From contig MU626448.1 in the NCBI GenBank assembly GCA_025603075.1, positions 1 to 37,138 on the forward strand: a stretch of DNA of 37,138 nucleotides. Reading direction: 5' to 3'. Made by a program: the position numbers and the translations under genes. Shown here in pieces: positions 34,400 through 37,138 of the stretch (position 1 is the first letter of the stretch; every line of letters begins with the position of its first letter). The notes beneath the pieces are model-generated. The model had not been told where the DNA came from and searched no databases. It worked only from the letters and a program-made list of their open reading frames with translations. This DNA comes from Neoconidiobolus thromboides FSU 785 (taxonomy: Eukaryota; Fungi; Entomophthoromycota).

Positions 34400-35099
34400 A
34401 ATTTGATTGAAAATTTTTTTTAAAGTATTCAAGTATTTTTACCATTTGGTTACTTTCTTATTATTGGTAGCCAATGATATTTTGGATTGAAGGTAGTGAC
34501 CAATTTTTCTCATATTTGTAATAAAGATAGTAATAAGTCTTCTTTTATTAAGTGTAAAGACCTAAATGGTTAATTGTGTGATAATAAATACTTATTTTTG
34601 AGTATTATACATTTGACAATGGAATACTTGTATATCGTTTATAAGGAGAATGACTTTGAATGTTTTCATTTTTTCAATACAATACTAGAATCTATTTCAT
34701 TAGAATAAGTTATGACTTTAAACACTTTTTTATGACGACACCAATTGGAAAAAAGATAACCAATTTTCAATATAGATTTTATTAGTAAAATTTTAAAAAA
34801 TAGTGTAAAAACAGAGATAACTATCAACATTAAGGGAATACTTATCTTATGATAAATTGTATTATTAAAAAACCTAACAAAAACAACAATATAGTTATTA
34901 TTTCAACTCTTTTCTATAACAACTAAAGTTCTTAATAAAAAATGTAATAATGGTTTTATACCACTATCGTAGAGAATCACTTGTAAAAATAGCTGTACTT
35001 TTTAAATAGAAAAATAGTGTAAGTTATTTATCAAATATTCTAATCTTAACCTAAAATTGAGATTAACTTAATATTTAAACTTAATCAATTTCTACATAT

Positions 35100-35197
35100 G
35101 GGAGTGTTTTTTTAACTTCATTATTTTTTCCATTTTTTAAGCGCTATTTAAGCGGAAAATTTGTTAGTAAAATTCTTAAACACAAAAATACATCCCC
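35100..35197 (+). mobile_element. MITE copy with ATAT TSD (near consensus)
   Basis: ATAT|gggagtg...acatcccc|ATAT, 98 bp. Confidence 0.92.
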
Positions 35198-35442
35198 ATA
35201 TATTGTAGAGTTTAAAATAATATATTACTTTCTGATAAATAAAATTGCCCTATTTTTTAGCCTTGATTTCAAATATTCAAACTAATTCAAAATAGAATCT
35301 ATAATAACAACGTTTAACATATATATTATTATAATATTGTTAAACATAGTTGCAAAAAAATGCTTCATTTACTAGTCATTAGGAAATGAGTGTTTAAAGT
35401 CAAATGCTTCAATTATAGGATTATTTTTATAGATAAGTATAT

Positions 35443-35532
35443 GGGAAAATCTTTCTGCTCAAATAGCGCTTAAAAAAGGAAAAAAGTGATAGAATCAAAA
35501 AACGGCTTGAAATTCTTAAAAAATACGTCCTT
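35443..35532. mobile_element. Rearranged/chimeric MITE remnant abutting the next copy
   Basis: ATAT|ggg...ctcaaatagcgcttaaaaaagg (reverse-orientation part), then aaattcttaaaaaatacgtcctt (forward-type end) |ATAT. Confidence 0.6.
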
Positions 35533-35536
35533 ATAT

Positions 35537-35635
35537 GGGGCTGTTTTTTTTTGCTTCATTATTTTTTCCATCTTTTAAGCGTTATTTGGGTGGAAAAATT
35601 GTTAGTAAAATTCTTAAATACAGAAATACATCCCC
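35537..35635 (+). mobile_element. MITE copy with ATAT TSD
   Basis: ATAT|ggggctg...acatcccc|ATAT, 99 bp. Confidence 0.9.
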
Positions 35636-36214
35636 ATATACTGAATTTTTTATGTATCTTCAATAAAAGTACAGATGTAATAAATTAAACTTGATTATTA
35701 AATATTTTTCTAGTATATTAACTAAATGTCATTATTTTTAGAACTTCAATTTTATTTGTTTATTTAAATTGGACGTGAAAATTCAGCTTTTATATAATTA
35801 TTTAATATTATTAGTTTTAACCTTTAAGGTTGTTTTTGTTAATATCCATCTGTATGCAATTGTTATATACTAAAGATTTTGAGTATCAATAATTCAATCT
35901 GTTGCTAACGCATTTATAATGATATATTACAAAAACAAAAGATACTAAAGTTACTATATACCATTTAATAGTAAAATGTGGATTTATAATATTAACACTT
36001 TAAAGCAAATAAAGCAATAGCCCAAGTTTAGAAATACTTTAAAACTTACAAATCAGCTTAAAAAACAATAAAATATTACTGACTTAAATAATTAAATCAA
36101 TTCAAAATTCCAATTTTTACATAATCAGAAATAAAAATCTATAAGTATAAATAACATTAAAAAAGTCACTTTTAAAATAGTTATACTCAACTAAAAACAG
36201 TTTTAAAGTAAAAA

Positions 36215-37132
36215 ATGAGTAATAGAAAACTCAACTTAATTTTACGTAAAGTAGTTCAACAAATAGTATCGATTGAACAATCAGAAGGTGTAGGTGGCAG
36301 AGTACGACGTAGCATCGGTACTTCTAGATTAAGAAATCTTGATCCCTTCTTAATGTTAGATGAATTCCATATACAATATCCAGGAGGCTTCCCCGATCAT
36401 CCACATCGAGGATTTGAAACTGTCTCCTATATATTCACTGGAACTAATCAACATGAAGACTTTATTGGAAATCAAGGTATCATTGGACCAGGTGACTTAC
36501 AATGGATGACTGCAGGAAAAGGAATAGTTCATGCAGAAATGCCATTACCACAAACTAAAGGACCAGTCACTGGTTTACAACTATGGATTAATTTACCAAA
36601 AAAAGAAAAAATGTGTGAACCTAGATATCAGGATTTCAAAGATAATGAAATACCTAGAGTAATACCAGAAGTAGGAGTGGAGATTAAAGTAATTGCTGGT
36701 GAGGCTTATGGAACTCAGTCATCTATTAAAACCAGTAATTCAGTTTATATGATGGATTTTAAAATGGAAGCAAATAAATCAGCTTATCAAATCTTACCAG
36801 CTGGATTTAATAGTGCATTTATTTATACTATTAAAGGCCAAGTGGAAGTTGCACAAAATGGGAAATTAGTTTTACCTCATACAATAGTAGTATTTGATAA
36901 AGAAGGTGGGGATGAAGTTAGTCAAATCTTAATTAATAGTCATAATGAAAAGGTTCATTTTGTTTTGATTGCTGGTAAACCTATTAATGAACCTATTAAA
37001 CAATATGGTCCTTTCGTTATGAATGATCAAGAAGATATTAATAATGCTTTTTTGGATTACCAGTTTAATAAAAATGGGTTTGAGAAAGCAAAGAACTGGA
37101 AATCGATTATTGGAAGAAGAACTTTTATTTAA
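36215..37132 (+). CDS. Pirin (bicupin, iron-binding), intronless, 305 aa
   Basis: LDPFLMLDEF, GFPDHPHRGFETVSY, QWMTAGKGIVHAEMP, GLQLWINLP and GKPINEPIKQYGPFVMN. Confidence 0.95.
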   Translation: MSNRKLNLILRKVVQQIVSIEQSEGVGGRVRRSIGTSRLRNLDPFLMLDEFHIQYPGGFPDHPHRGFETVSYIFTGTNQHEDFIGNQGIIGPGDLQWMTAGKGIVHAEMPLPQTKGPVTGLQLWINLPKKEKMCEPRYQDFKDNEIPRVIPEVGVEIKVIAGEAYGTQSSIKTSNSVYMMDFKMEANKSAYQILPAGFNSAFIYTIKGQVEVAQNGKLVLPHTIVVFDKEGGDEVSQILINSHNEKVHFVLIAGKPINEPIKQYGPFVMNDQEDINNAFLDYQFNKNGFEKAKNWKSIIGRRTFI

Positions 37133-37138
37133 GTATAT

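Noticed and set aside
3847-35635. Repeated ~99-bp palindromic-ended sequence as a CRISPR array or ncRNA/tRNA family
   Set aside because: Copies are dispersed in both orientations, have TIRs and TSDs, and lack regular spacers or a cloverleaf; a MITE explains them.
1-37138. Autonomous transposase, rRNA or tRNA genes
   Set aside because: No DDE/D transposase motifs, GC-rich rRNA-like blocks or tRNA A/B-box cloverleafs were recognisable by eye; tRNAscan-SE or Infernal would be decisive.

Overview
AT-rich eukaryotic DNA with short (about 45-80 nt) GT-AG introns and the standard genetic code. Gene content and intron style suggest an early-diverging fungus (inference only). I reconstructed spliced gene models by eye: kinesin-5, a small I78-type protease inhibitor, a PAK/Ste20-like kinase with two CRIB motifs and atypical catalytic motifs, adenylosuccinate lyase, a long coiled-coil protein, a LYR/DUF1763-like protein, a hotdog-fold thioesterase, a DUF2433-like protein with a degenerate RRM, and pirin. 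Two intronless tandem triplets show birth-and-death evolution. One encodes secreted, Cys-rich proteins with the motifs of the phage/bacterial poly-gamma-glutamate hydrolase (PghP/DUF867) family (two intact, one pseudogene). The other encodes a 125-aa predicted 4-TM orphan (one intact, two pseudogenes). About 17 full or partial copies of a ~99-bp MITE with imperfect GG(G/A)..CCC termini and 4-bp AWWT target-site duplications are scattered through the window, including a nested insertion and an insertion into the Pgh-like pseudogene. No rRNA, tRNA, CRISPR array or autonomous transposase was recognised. Family assignments rest on motif recognition, not database searches.
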